DNA from: an uncultured Bacteriovoracaceae bacterium
GTDB taxonomy: Bacteria; Bdellovibrionota; Bacteriovoracia; Bacteriovoracales; Bacteriovoracaceae
Length of the DNA: 64,000 nucleotides
Direction of reading: 5' to 3'
NCBI GenBank assembly: GCA_964012805.1
Contig: CAXGUD010000004.1
Span: forward strand, 1-64,000
The notes beneath the pieces are model-generated. The model was not told the DNA's origin, made no database searches, and was given only the letters and a program-made list of their open reading frames with translations. Position numbers and translations under genes: made by a program. Positions 20,841 through 30,200 of the stretch are shown one piece after another. Each line of letters opens with the position of its first letter. The first letter of the stretch is position 1.

Positions 20841-21024
20841 CTGTAAATATCCTCAGGCTACTATGGTTATCAATAGAAATTATTTTCTATGGTTCTTATA
20901 AAATGATCAAGTAAATTAAGGAGTTTACAATTATTAACGAAATTCTGAATTAAACCAATAATGGAAATATACAAAAATTAGGTACAAAAATAGAAAAAAA
21001 CCGATAGATTTTGTAAAATAAAAT

Positions 21025-21051
21025 TAAACGTTTTAAAGAAAGTTCCGATAA
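21025..21051 (+). promoter_or_regulatory. FliA (sigma28)-like promoter
   Basis: TAAA-N15-TCCGATAA, 24 nt upstream of the ATG at 21076. Confidence 0.6.
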
Positions 21052-21075
21052 AGAAACTCAAGTTTTGTTGATTAT

Positions 21076-21600
21076 ATGGGGTCATTTTATATGGTTAAAT
21101 TGCTTAAAGAACTCGACTTGAAAAATAAAATTGAGGAAGAGCTCTACTCGGAAATGGCCAAGAGGGGCTATTGGAAAGACAAAGAGCCTTTTATGGATTG
21201 GGGTTACTACGATGATAAAGATATAGTTGAGATTGATTTAAATGAATTTTACTTTAAAAATAGAAATGAGTATGAAGGGCATCTAAAAAGTTTAGACGAA
21301 ACGGCTTGTTCAAAGCTTGAATATAAGGCTCATGATTGTACGAGAAATCAGTTTGATCTCAATTTTGAGTCTAAAAATGGAGTTTCTGGGTTTCTGAGAA
21401 TTATTTTTTCAGAGTTGGCGTATTCATATCATAAAAAAGAAAAGGAAGGGCCCTACTATCAGTGTAGCAGCTTTTCTTTTATTAACTTCACACATGAACT
21501 CATTGTGAAGCTGAAAAATGAACCTAAACTTCTCGCCGATACCATTAAAGATATCGAGGATGCTATTTGGAAGGCCTATAACGATCAACCTATGCATTAA
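21076..21600 (+). CDS. Hypothetical cytoplasmic protein
   Basis: 174-aa ORF with normal composition; no motif recognised. Confidence 0.75.
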   Translation: MGSFYMVKLLKELDLKNKIEEELYSEMAKRGYWKDKEPFMDWGYYDDKDIVEIDLNEFYFKNRNEYEGHLKSLDETACSKLEYKAHDCTRNQFDLNFESKNGVSGFLRIIFSELAYSYHKKEKEGPYYQCSSFSFINFTHELIVKLKNEPKLLADTIKDIEDAIWKAYNDQPMH

Positions 21601-21620
21601 GAAGGGGACTCCCTCAAGGA

Positions 21621-22310
21621 GTGCTCCCCGTGGTAACTCTTTTTTATCAACGTTTTTGTAAATACACTGTTAGACTTCTCCTTTTTATATTTAGAAAGTT
21701 AGGGATCTTTCAGAATAAGACGGAGCTCTATTTTGCTTATGGCGCCAACCTAGGCCCTGATCGGTACGAGGAAAATGATATACCTTACCTAGACGAAGGT
21801 AATGCTCAAAAAGCTGGTCATGAAATTAACTTTACCTTACCTTGTCACTACGTCGGTAAAGGCTATGCTAATATTCAAAAAGTTGAATGGGAGAGGAGCC
21901 CTAAATATGCTTATGGTAGGCTTTACAGGATCTCTAGGTTAGGACTTCTCTATCTTGATATTATTGAGAGAGTTCCCAATAACTACTACCGAAGAGATAA
22001 TATTAAATTTGAAGGGCAAAGGTTGGGTCAAGTTGTTGAGGCTTGGTGCTATGTCGCCTGTCATCCCAAGGAAAACCTTGTTCCACCAACCAGCTACCTT
22101 GATTATATGAGAGAAAAATCTAAAGATTATAATTTTCCAGAGGTCTACCAGGATTATCTTTCAAAGATTAAAGCGAAAGAGCATTTTGAGATTGATCATA
22201 ATTTTTGTTTTTCTAATCCTGCTAAGAAGAGGCCCTTTGTTGAAAAATGGCCTCAATTTTATAGAGCTCATGATCTGGTAAGAGAGTTTTTTATTAAAAT
22301 TCTTCCCTAG
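21621..22310 (+). CDS. Gamma-glutamylcyclotransferase (AIG2-like) family protein
   Basis: YFAYGANL, LD..E...YYR and PPTSYL motifs. Confidence 0.85.
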   Translation: MLPVVTLFYQRFCKYTVRLLLFIFRKLGIFQNKTELYFAYGANLGPDRYEENDIPYLDEGNAQKAGHEINFTLPCHYVGKGYANIQKVEWERSPKYAYGRLYRISRLGLLYLDIIERVPNNYYRRDNIKFEGQRLGQVVEAWCYVACHPKENLVPPTSYLDYMREKSKDYNFPEVYQDYLSKIKAKEHFEIDHNFCFSNPAKKRPFVEKWPQFYRAHDLVREFFIKILP

Positions 22311-22659
22311 AAAGAGTCCTTATAATGGTCGTTTCTGTTCTATTGTGGTGAATAATTGAAAGTTCTGTTCCCAGTTTTTTTTGCTCTTTCTTCAGATACT
22401 TCAACAATGTACTCACTCAACTCCTCTTTGGACAAATTCTTGAAAGTTTTTCAAAACCTTCACTTGGGTTTAAAGGAGTATTTTTTTTCAAGTCTTGCTG
22501 CATTTTATTCCCTTTGTGGATAAGGAACTTCGGTTGATTGAAAGGGAGCAAGTCTAATGCCAAAATACTTTGTTAAGCTTAGGGTTATTTCCAAAATATG
22601 GTAGCAAAAGAGGACTGCGTGACTGATCGCGTCTACAGAGAGTTGTCATGAGATGGTGT

Positions 22660-24132
22660 TTAATTACTATCCTTGAAGATAATTGTTTGATTCTTCCCTG
22701 AGGATTTTGCCTTATAAAGAGCTTGATCTGATTCACTAATGAGGGCTTTTTCGGTTTTGTTTTCACTATGAATAAAGGAAGAAATACCTAGACTGATAGT
22801 AACATTGAAAGGTCTATTTTCTTTATCGTGGAAAGTTTCTTTTTCTACATGCTCTCTAATTCTTTCAGACACTAAAACACCTTGGTCTATAGGAGTATCG
22901 GGCAAGATAACGGCAAACTCTTCACCTCCATACCTGGCCGGTTCATCACCTTTTCTTGTATCATCTTTCAAAATTTTACCAAGTATTTTTAAAACATCAT
23001 CACCTATTTGGTGTCCATATGTATCATTTATCTTTTTAAAATTATCAATGTCGATAAGTATGAGAGAGACTTCCGACTTTCCTTTTTTAGCTTTTTCCAT
23101 TTTTTCTGTAAGAATTCTTTGAAACGATTGATGGTTGTGGAGCCCTGTAAGTCCATCTTGGTGGGCCATTTTTTTCGTTTTAAGATGGAAAAAAGCATTA
23201 TCCAGGGCTTGAGAGCTCATTTTTGAGATAAGATGAAAATACTGAGAATTACTGGCAGAGAGTTCATGAAAAGACTCTAAAGAAAAGAAAACAACACCAT
23301 AGACCTGTCCCCTTAGCATAATGGGAATTGAAATGGTAAAATCAAACTTTACTTCCATTAAAGAAGAGTCAATGGAGAGAAGGTGGTTCCTACCAGGAAT
23401 CACCGTGGGATAAATAAACCTTTCTTTTTCGAAGTGTGGCTGCTCTTTCCAAATCTCTGATGCTTTTTCTATAACTTTTTTGGATTCATCCTCTGGGATA
23501 TCGGCATCAAGCCCATATGTATAAAGGGCCAGGGTACTTTCATTCTTTATAATGAGGTAGGAATCATTGACTTCAGCTTTTTCACAAACTTCTTTAAGAA
23601 GGAGAAAGATAATTTCTTCATGGTCTATAGTGGTTGAAATATTGAGAAGGTAGTCCTGCATATGTTTGAGAAGGCGAGCGTATTCACGTAGCTCTTTGTG
23701 CTCTTCTGGAATAACATCAATAATTTGCATAGACCTTTGGGCGATTTTTCTTGAGGAAGAGGCCCTAATGACTTGTCCAAAAAACTCTTGTGTTGAAAAA
23801 GGTTTGAGGAGGTATGAACTAATGCCAAGTTTCATTGCCTCTGTTACTGTCTCTAAGGTTCCATATCCTGTAATGATGATAACTTCTGTATCCTTGGACT
23901 TTTGTTTTGCTCGTGAAAGGATATCGAGACCTGAACCACCCGGCATACGGAGGTCTGTTATAACAATATCAAATTCTTGCTGTTCAATTTTTTCTAACCC
24001 TGCCGGAACATCTGGGACTGAGGTGATCTCAAAATCTTCTTCCAGGAGGTCAATAAGAAATTCCATGATATCATTTTCATCTTCGGCAATTAGGATGTGG
24101 TGTTTTTCCAACTGAACCTCAATATATTTCAA
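22660..24132 (-). CDS. Diguanylate cyclase REC-GAF-like-GGDEF
   Basis: AEDE/TDLRMPG receiver, DGLTGLHN, DIDNFK.INDTYGH, RKGD I-site, RYGGEEF. Confidence 0.95.
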   Translation of the reverse strand: MKYIEVQLEKHHILIAEDENDIMEFLIDLLEEDFEITSVPDVPAGLEKIEQQEFDIVITDLRMPGGSGLDILSRAKQKSKDTEVIIITGYGTLETVTEAMKLGISSYLLKPFSTQEFFGQVIRASSSRKIAQRSMQIIDVIPEEHKELREYARLLKHMQDYLLNISTTIDHEEIIFLLLKEVCEKAEVNDSYLIIKNESTLALYTYGLDADIPEDESKKVIEKASEIWKEQPHFEKERFIYPTVIPGRNHLLSIDSSLMEVKFDFTISIPIMLRGQVYGVVFFSLESFHELSASNSQYFHLISKMSSQALDNAFFHLKTKKMAHQDGLTGLHNHQSFQRILTEKMEKAKKGKSEVSLILIDIDNFKKINDTYGHQIGDDVLKILGKILKDDTRKGDEPARYGGEEFAVILPDTPIDQGVLVSERIREHVEKETFHDKENRPFNVTISLGISSFIHSENKTEKALISESDQALYKAKSSGKNQTIIFKDSN

Positions 24133-24327
24133 ATGTTGATCAAAGAAATTATAACCTCTCCTTTGATAAGAGTCCTTTTTTTTTTTATTTATTGATTGTT
24201 TTAATATTGTTTGATGATGTTTAAAGAAGTTTTTCAGACTGAATCGATCACTTAATTTAACCTTTTTTTGAATAAAATTTTGAAATAATGTGAGGACAAT
24301 TCCTATTACATCTTTGATAATTAAGGC

Positions 24328-25383
24328 ATGAGCCTGGTTAAATATTGGTCACTGGCCTTTTTCAATTTTAGCTTTTTCTTTTTCTCTTCTCCTGTTCTTG
24401 GTGAAGAAATTAAGCCTAAGGAAGTTAAGGAAGTTAAGGAAGTTAAAGAAGTTAAAGAAGTTGAAAAGGAAGGTCCCATTAAGTTACCCATCTCAATAGA
24501 AAAACCAACTTATTATTTGGAAAAAATTAAAAAAGGAGTTGGAGGCAGAGTTGTTGAGTTTTCCAATGATATAGATTCTCTTTTTGGGGATAAATCTAAA
24601 GGGGATGCGATTAATGGAAGTCAGTTGAAGCTCTCTTGGTTAGCAGTGAAAGTTGAAGGAGAAGAGGTTACCCACTCACCCGAAATTGACTTGAGGCTGG
24701 TCCTGCCAAGAACGGAAAAAAAGCTGCAAGTTGTTGTTGAAAGAAGAAGAAAGCAAGTAAGTGATGTTTTTCAGGACAAGGAGAGTGGAGGTAAATCAAA
24801 AACTTCTGAAACTTTAGTTGGTGATGAGGATAGTGTTTTGACTGCTGGAGTTCGTTACCTAATTAAACAGGGAAGTAATTGGAACCTATATACGGAGGGA
24901 GGAATTAAGGTTAAAATTCCTTTGCAGCCTTTTGCAAGTTTAAATGGTGGAAGAAAATTTCTTTTAAGTGATAATTGGTCTATGAATTTCCGGGCAAACC
25001 TAATGTGGTTTTTGGATCAAGGACTGAGTGAGACCACTACACTGGATTTTGACCATCCCTTTAAAAAGCGTTTCCTTTTCAGAATAGGGAATAGTTTAAC
25101 TTGGGTTGATGAAACGGGGCAGCTTAACGCTAGTAATGGTCCAAGACTTTACCATAAATTAGATGATAGACGAGGCTTAAGATACTTCTTTAGTGCTCTG
25201 AGTAGAAAAAATCCTAAAATGCATGTCTATAGCTATGAAGGTGGATTTTACTACAGAGAGCTTATTTATAGTGATTGGATCACCTACGAAACTGGTGTCA
25301 AAGGTGAGTTTAATATTGAAAAAAACTGGGAATTTGTCCCCTCAGTTTCTTTTAAGCTTGAAATGTTACTCGGTGGGACCTAA
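24328..25383 (+). CDS. Probable outer-membrane beta-barrel protein
   Basis: Signal peptide, IDSLFGD motif, alternating beta-strand pattern, N-terminal (KEV)5 repeat. Confidence 0.65.
   Translation: MSLVKYWSLAFFNFSFFFFSSPVLGEEIKPKEVKEVKEVKEVKEVEKEGPIKLPISIEKPTYYLEKIKKGVGGRVVEFSNDIDSLFGDKSKGDAINGSQLKLSWLAVKVEGEEVTHSPEIDLRLVLPRTEKKLQVVVERRRKQVSDVFQDKESGGKSKTSETLVGDEDSVLTAGVRYLIKQGSNWNLYTEGGIKVKIPLQPFASLNGGRKFLLSDNWSMNFRANLMWFLDQGLSETTTLDFDHPFKKRFLFRIGNSLTWVDETGQLNASNGPRLYHKLDDRRGLRYFFSALSRKNPKMHVYSYEGGFYYRELIYSDWITYETGVKGEFNIEKNWEFVPSVSFKLEMLLGGT
24418..24462 (+). repeat. 9-bp coding tandem repeat (KEV)x5
   Basis: AAGGAAGTT/AAAGAAGTT units. Confidence 0.85.
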
Positions 25384-25410
25384 TTTAGTGTCAAAGAGCG
25401 CCCATTTTTA

Positions 25411-25426
25411 TGGCATATTTTTTGCT
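25411..25426 (+). promoter_or_regulatory. Sigma54 (RpoN) -24/-12 promoter
   Basis: TGGCATATTTTTTGCT, exact GG-N10-GC spacing. Confidence 0.65.
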
Positions 25427-25454
25427 TGTTGTATGGGTTAAAAGGAGGCCTGTG

Positions 25455-25586
25455 ATGAAAAAGCTAGTTAAAGCACTTTTTATCCTCTTGGTACTGCTTA
25501 GAGTCGGGCAAGGGTTTTCTAAGCCTCCTATCCCAGATTCTGTGGAACTCCCAGAGGATAAAGAAAGAAACGCTTCCACTATTTAG
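25455..25586 (+). CDS. Small secreted peptide, 43 aa, not in the ORF track
   Basis: AAGGAGG RBS; MKKLVKALFILLVLLRVGQGFSKPPIPDSVELPEDKERNASTI*; sigma54 site upstream and terminator downstream. Confidence 0.7.
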   Translation: MKKLVKALFILLVLLRVGQGFSKPPIPDSVELPEDKERNASTI

Positions 25587-25610
25587 TGACTCAAAGAAGC
25601 ATTTCTTTCG

Positions 25611-25643
25611 GGGGATGGGGCTTTGCCTCATCCCCAATTTTTT
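25611..25643 (+). terminator. Intrinsic terminator of the small peptide gene
   Basis: GGGGATGGGGC-TTT-GCCTCATCCCC followed by AATTTTTT. Confidence 0.7.
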
Positions 25644-25701
25644 CGCTTTTACTGTCTTATTGTCTTCTAATTTAACTGTTTCATATTAGAGTGCTATTAT
25701 T

Positions 25702-25736
25702 TTGAAAAGGGAAGGCATGACACCTTCCCTTTTCAA
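25702..25736 (-). terminator. Flagellin terminator hairpin
   Basis: Perfect 14-bp stem TTGAAAAGGGAAGG/CCTTCCCTTTTCAA, 10 nt after the fliC stop. Confidence 0.75.
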
Positions 25737-25746
25737 GAGGGAACTA

Positions 25747-26748
25747 TTAACCAAGTAGCCTCAAAGCTCCTTGTCCATTGGCATTTGCCTGTGCCAGGAC
25801 TGCGGAGCTTGCCTGGTTTAATATATTTAATTTCATATTTTCAGCTGACTCTGAAGCATATTCAGTGTCTCTGATTCGGGAGTTTGTGGCGTTTAAATTT
25901 TCGTTAGAAACTTGTAAGTTTGCAATTACTGAGCTCAATCTATTTTGTACCGATCCTAGTTCCGCTCTTTGTCTGGAGACTGTTTGAATCGCATTGTCGA
26001 GAGATCGAAGACTTAACTGAGCAAGCTCTTTTGTATCAACTGAAAGCTCGCTGACTGGGTTTTGGCCTGTAATGAGGTTTTCTACATATTCTTTTTGTAA
26101 AACTTTTCTAGCTGCGACGCGATCTTTATCGTGGGCATAATCAGTATTATCAATTTCATTAAGTTTATTTCTCATTTCTTTTTGTTGTTTAACCATCTCC
26201 TCTCCACCAAAGAGCTTGGCCAAAGTTGAATCAATCATACCTGCTTTGTAGATGAGTCGGTCTTCAAACTGTCTATTATAAACACCGACTTGGATATCAT
26301 AAGATCCACCTTTACCGTCTAGGCCTTCGCCATTTAAAAGTTTAGCGCCGTTATATTCAGTCACTTGAGAAATTCTTTCAATTTCCTTCTTTAAGTTCTG
26401 ATATTCAAGGTTTGCAAATTGCCTTTCACTGTTTCCAACTGTATCTGAAGAAGATTGCACGGCAAGTTCTCTTAACCTTATGAGAATTCTTGAAACTTCA
26501 TTTAATCCACCTTCTGCAGTTTGAAGCATAGAAATACCATCATTAGCATTTCTTTCCGCTTGCCTTGTCCCGGTTATTCTTGCCCTCAATTTTTCACTCA
26601 TAGCGAGTCCTGCAGCATCATCTGAGGCCTTGTTTATCCGACTACCGGAGGATAGTTTACCTAATACATTTGTCTGTTTTACGGCGTTTCGGGCAAGGGA
26701 CCTTTGTGCAGATAGTGAGGCGATGTTTGTAGCAATTCTTAAACCCAT
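25747..26748 (-). CDS. fliC: Flagellin (orphan)
   Basis: MGLRIATN..., LSSGSRINKASDDAAGL, QTAEGGL, RAELGSVQNRL, SRIRDTEYA, LAQAN. Confidence 0.97.
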   Translation of the reverse strand: MGLRIATNIASLSAQRSLARNAVKQTNVLGKLSSGSRINKASDDAAGLAMSEKLRARITGTRQAERNANDGISMLQTAEGGLNEVSRILIRLRELAVQSSSDTVGNSERQFANLEYQNLKKEIERISQVTEYNGAKLLNGEGLDGKGGSYDIQVGVYNRQFEDRLIYKAGMIDSTLAKLFGGEEMVKQQKEMRNKLNEIDNTDYAHDKDRVAARKVLQKEYVENLITGQNPVSELSVDTKELAQLSLRSLDNAIQTVSRQRAELGSVQNRLSSVIANLQVSNENLNATNSRIRDTEYASESAENMKLNILNQASSAVLAQANANGQGALRLLG

Positions 26749-26752
26749 TTTC

Positions 26753-26789
26753 GTTCTCCTTGGTTTTTAGATTTCCCCTCCATGGAAAT
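26753..26789 (-). promoter_or_regulatory. Putative CsrA sites in the flagellin 5'UTR
   Basis: Minus-strand hairpin ATTTCC-ATGGAGG-GGAAAT with GGA in the loop, plus AAGGA overlapping the SD sequence. Confidence 0.55.
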
Positions 26790-26863
26790 TTTTTCCTCAT
26801 TGGCAAGATGAGAAAGTAGCTTAATGCTTTCCAAATTGTGTTCCCTCAATTTGTATGAGGTGA

Positions 26864-26890
26864 GAATCGGTGCGAATAATTTTCCCTGAA
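26864..26890 (-). promoter_or_regulatory. Possible FliA promoter of fliC
   Basis: Minus strand TCAG-N14-ACCGATTC; imperfect match. Confidence 0.4.
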
Positions 26891-27208
26891 GGATAAATTT
26901 TCTTGGGGAAAAAAATACCCCTTTTCAAAGTCTATTTAAAAAGTTTCGAGTTAGAGGGCAAGTAACAGCTTATTAATTTTTTTCAACTTAAAAGGTTGGA
27001 AAAAGGTAGGAACGAAATTGATTATATTTTTCCCTTTTTTAAATTATGGAGGCTTTTTCCTTGTTCGTTGAAATTTTGAGGGGATCATTTTTCCTAACTG
27101 TATAGGAAGAATGATTCTCTTTTAGAGTGAAAGAAGTTTTTTTCCGGAAAATTAATCCAATTTATCTAAAAAGGAACAAAAAACCTGACTCTAACTAAGT
27201 TTTTCTTT

Positions 27209-30200
27209 TTAGTTGTGAAGTCCTATGTGGTCCCAAAAGTGCTCATTTTTGTTAGGAGGAGGTTCCTCCAGGTTATTTTTTAAACTGTGGTCGCCATCAT
27301 TTGAAACAAGAGGAGCTTCCTCTTCTTGAAGGGGCTTACCTCCACTGATTTCCATATCCTCCTTTTCAAAAACATCCAACTGCTTAAGCTTCTCCGTATG
27401 GTCCTGCCAGTCTTTAGGAGGAAGGATGTCTAATTGTGATAGTTTAGAGAAGAGGTCTTCAATAAGATGTTCAGGAAAAAGTGTGTAGGTACTTTCCCTT
27501 AAAATAGTTAAGTGCGGAATAAATTGTGTCGGAATAGGTGGTAAGCTTATTTCATTATTGGTTTTACTAAAGCAGTTGATACCTAAATTATTTTTATAAC
27601 CAATGACTGTTAGGTCTATGACTCCTTCTAAAAAGCTAAGTTTTGGAACAACATGATAGCCTCTTTCCTTTAAGATAATAAAAATAGTTACTTCGAACCA
27701 ACTTTCAAATGGTCTTGGAGGAGTATACCATATCTTCTTTTTGTCTTGATTCATTTTCTTAAGATCATCTAACGGTAAAGAAGGATTTTGATCTTGCTCT
27801 TCTCTATCTTTTGATGAGAAGAGCTCTAAAATCTTTGTTTTTTGACAAAAGGGATTAAGGTCATTTTTGTCTATTGAGTGGAAAAGGATGATCTTTTCTT
27901 TTGCCCGGCTTAAGGCAATATATAGATTATGATAGTTATCTTCACCTTGATCGTGAGAGTCATTGATATCTTTTGTTAAAGAAGATGTAACGAGGGTTAA
28001 AAGGATAATATCTCTTTCTAGGCCTTGAAATGAAGAAGGGGTCACGCAGAGGACTTTTTTTGCTTCTAATTCTTTTTCAGAAAACTCATTAGAAAGAAGC
28101 ATTTGAATTTGGTGACTCTGATTCTCCCCACCCAAAGAAATGATACCAATCGTGAGCCCGTTATATTTTGGATTTTCAAAAATGGATTTAACTTGCTTGA
28201 TAATTTTTAAAGCCTCTCCGTGGTTGATATCACCAAATTTAAAAATTTTACCAGTATCATTTGAATCGATGATCTTACCTTCTCTGCAATAAACCGCTTC
28301 CAGGTTTTTTTCTATTTGGATGGGTGTAAATTGTTTTATATTAAAATAGGGTTCAGAATCTTCAGTGAAGAGAAGAAAGGACTTAAGTATTTCTGGTCTT
28401 GAACGGTAATGACCTTTAAGTTTAATTTTATTGGATATAACAATGTCACAGAGGTCATAGAAACTGTCTTCTAAGGTAATATGCTGATTATATTTAATAT
28501 CTTTGATCCCTTCTTGGACGACTTTGACTGAATCTTGAATGGCCCTCGATCGACTTTTAGTAAGCCATTTCCTATTTCCTACGATAATAACTTTTTTCGA
28601 TAAGTAAAAAAGCATTAGGGCATATGGTCCTGACAGGTCAGATTCGTCAATAATGGCCACATCAAACTGATGAGGTTTTGGAGCAACGTGATCAGGTATT
28701 TTTTCAAATGAAATAAAGTGACCTGGGAGGCTTGCTTTTAGTTTGTTTAGGCCCTCCTCATGAGGACCGTAAGATTCCTTTGATTTAAGCAGGTTCTTTG
28801 CTAGTGCACTGAAGTTTTCTTTTTGCTCGCCATCTAATTTTATAAGATAATGATGCCAGCTTTTTAGTTGATTGAGTTCTCTAATAATGGAGAGTTCATT
28901 TTTTTTGAGATTTTGAAGCCAGTCAATAAATGAATAGGGTTCAAACTTCCCAATGGTTTCCTGAATCCATTTAAAGGTCTTTTTCCAGGTAAACGCCTTT
29001 TTAAAATTGAATAAATTCTCCCTTTTTGCGAAAGAGAAGGTTCTTGTTTTCATATCGTTATAAAGAAGGGGGCAATGTAATTTAATCTCTTGGGCCAATT
29101 CTTTAATTTTATAAAAATACTTTTTTTCTTTTTGTAGTTGAAAGATGAGCTCAAGGTGCGATTGATAAGCTTTGGCATCCCTCTCTTCCAGAAATCGAAC
29201 GAGGTCTTCAACTAAGGGGTGGGTGTTTGAATTAATTTTGTCCTTAATTTCTTCACAATGCTTCTGCAGCTTACTCTGGATGAGTTCGAGCATTTTTTCA
29301 AAAATAACTAATTCTGTATTATGGATGGACCTTTGGAGGATTTGACTTCGAGACCAGTTTTCATTTTTAAAAATAGGAATATTTTTTTCAAGCTCTTTGA
29401 ATTTATTCTTAATAGAGAAGCATTTATCCAAAATCTTGATATAAAACTCAAGAATATTTAAAAGTTGAAGTGGTGGTAGAGTGATGTCAATACCGATTCC
29501 TTTCCAGACAGAGACAGTTTCTTCTATTGATTGCTTTATTTTAAGGGCCTGAACCGCTTTTTGAATTTGATGCTTGGTATGGCATTTTTCGCCCGATATT
29601 GTGATCTTTTTGAATAAACGGTGACTCTTAATGGGATTTTTCTTTTTAAAAGGCCAAAATTTTTGATGATGAGGCTCTTCTTCGCGATTTAAAAGTTTTT
29701 CCGCTTCCTCTAGTAAAATGCTGATAGAATTATTATTAAGGCCTTTAAGGTCAAGAGAAAGTTCCTTAATATCAAATGATTTGAGATAAGTAAGTGAATT
29801 TCGGGTGACTTCTAAGATACTGGTCCATTGGCTTTCATTTTGTCCTAGAATATCTTCAAGCGCGAGAGTCATCCAACTATCTTTTTCTTCCTGGATTTCA
29901 GAAATGAGCTTCTCTAGCTCTTTAAACTGCCTCGTTGTCTGCTTAAGTGTTCCGGAATTGAATTCCAAAAGTTGAAAGTAGAGGTCCCCTTTTTTATGGG
30001 GAAGTATTTTTTGGTACTTTTCATTAATATTCTTTTCTTTTTCTATATAATCTGAAAACTCACTTGCACTTAAAAAGGGAAGTTTAGGGACTTCTCTTTC
30101 CAATTTCTTTTCATCCTCTAGGGAGTAATGAATATAAAAGTCCCAGATCTTGAGGAGGTTCTCCTGGTCAACAAATGGAAGTGGAGTCAGAGGACCTGGC

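Noticed and set aside
22290..22503. Possible small frameshifted minus-strand gene (MQQDLKK...NLSKEELSEYIVEV)
   Set aside because: Needs an assumed indel and has no recognisable homology; cannot be supported.
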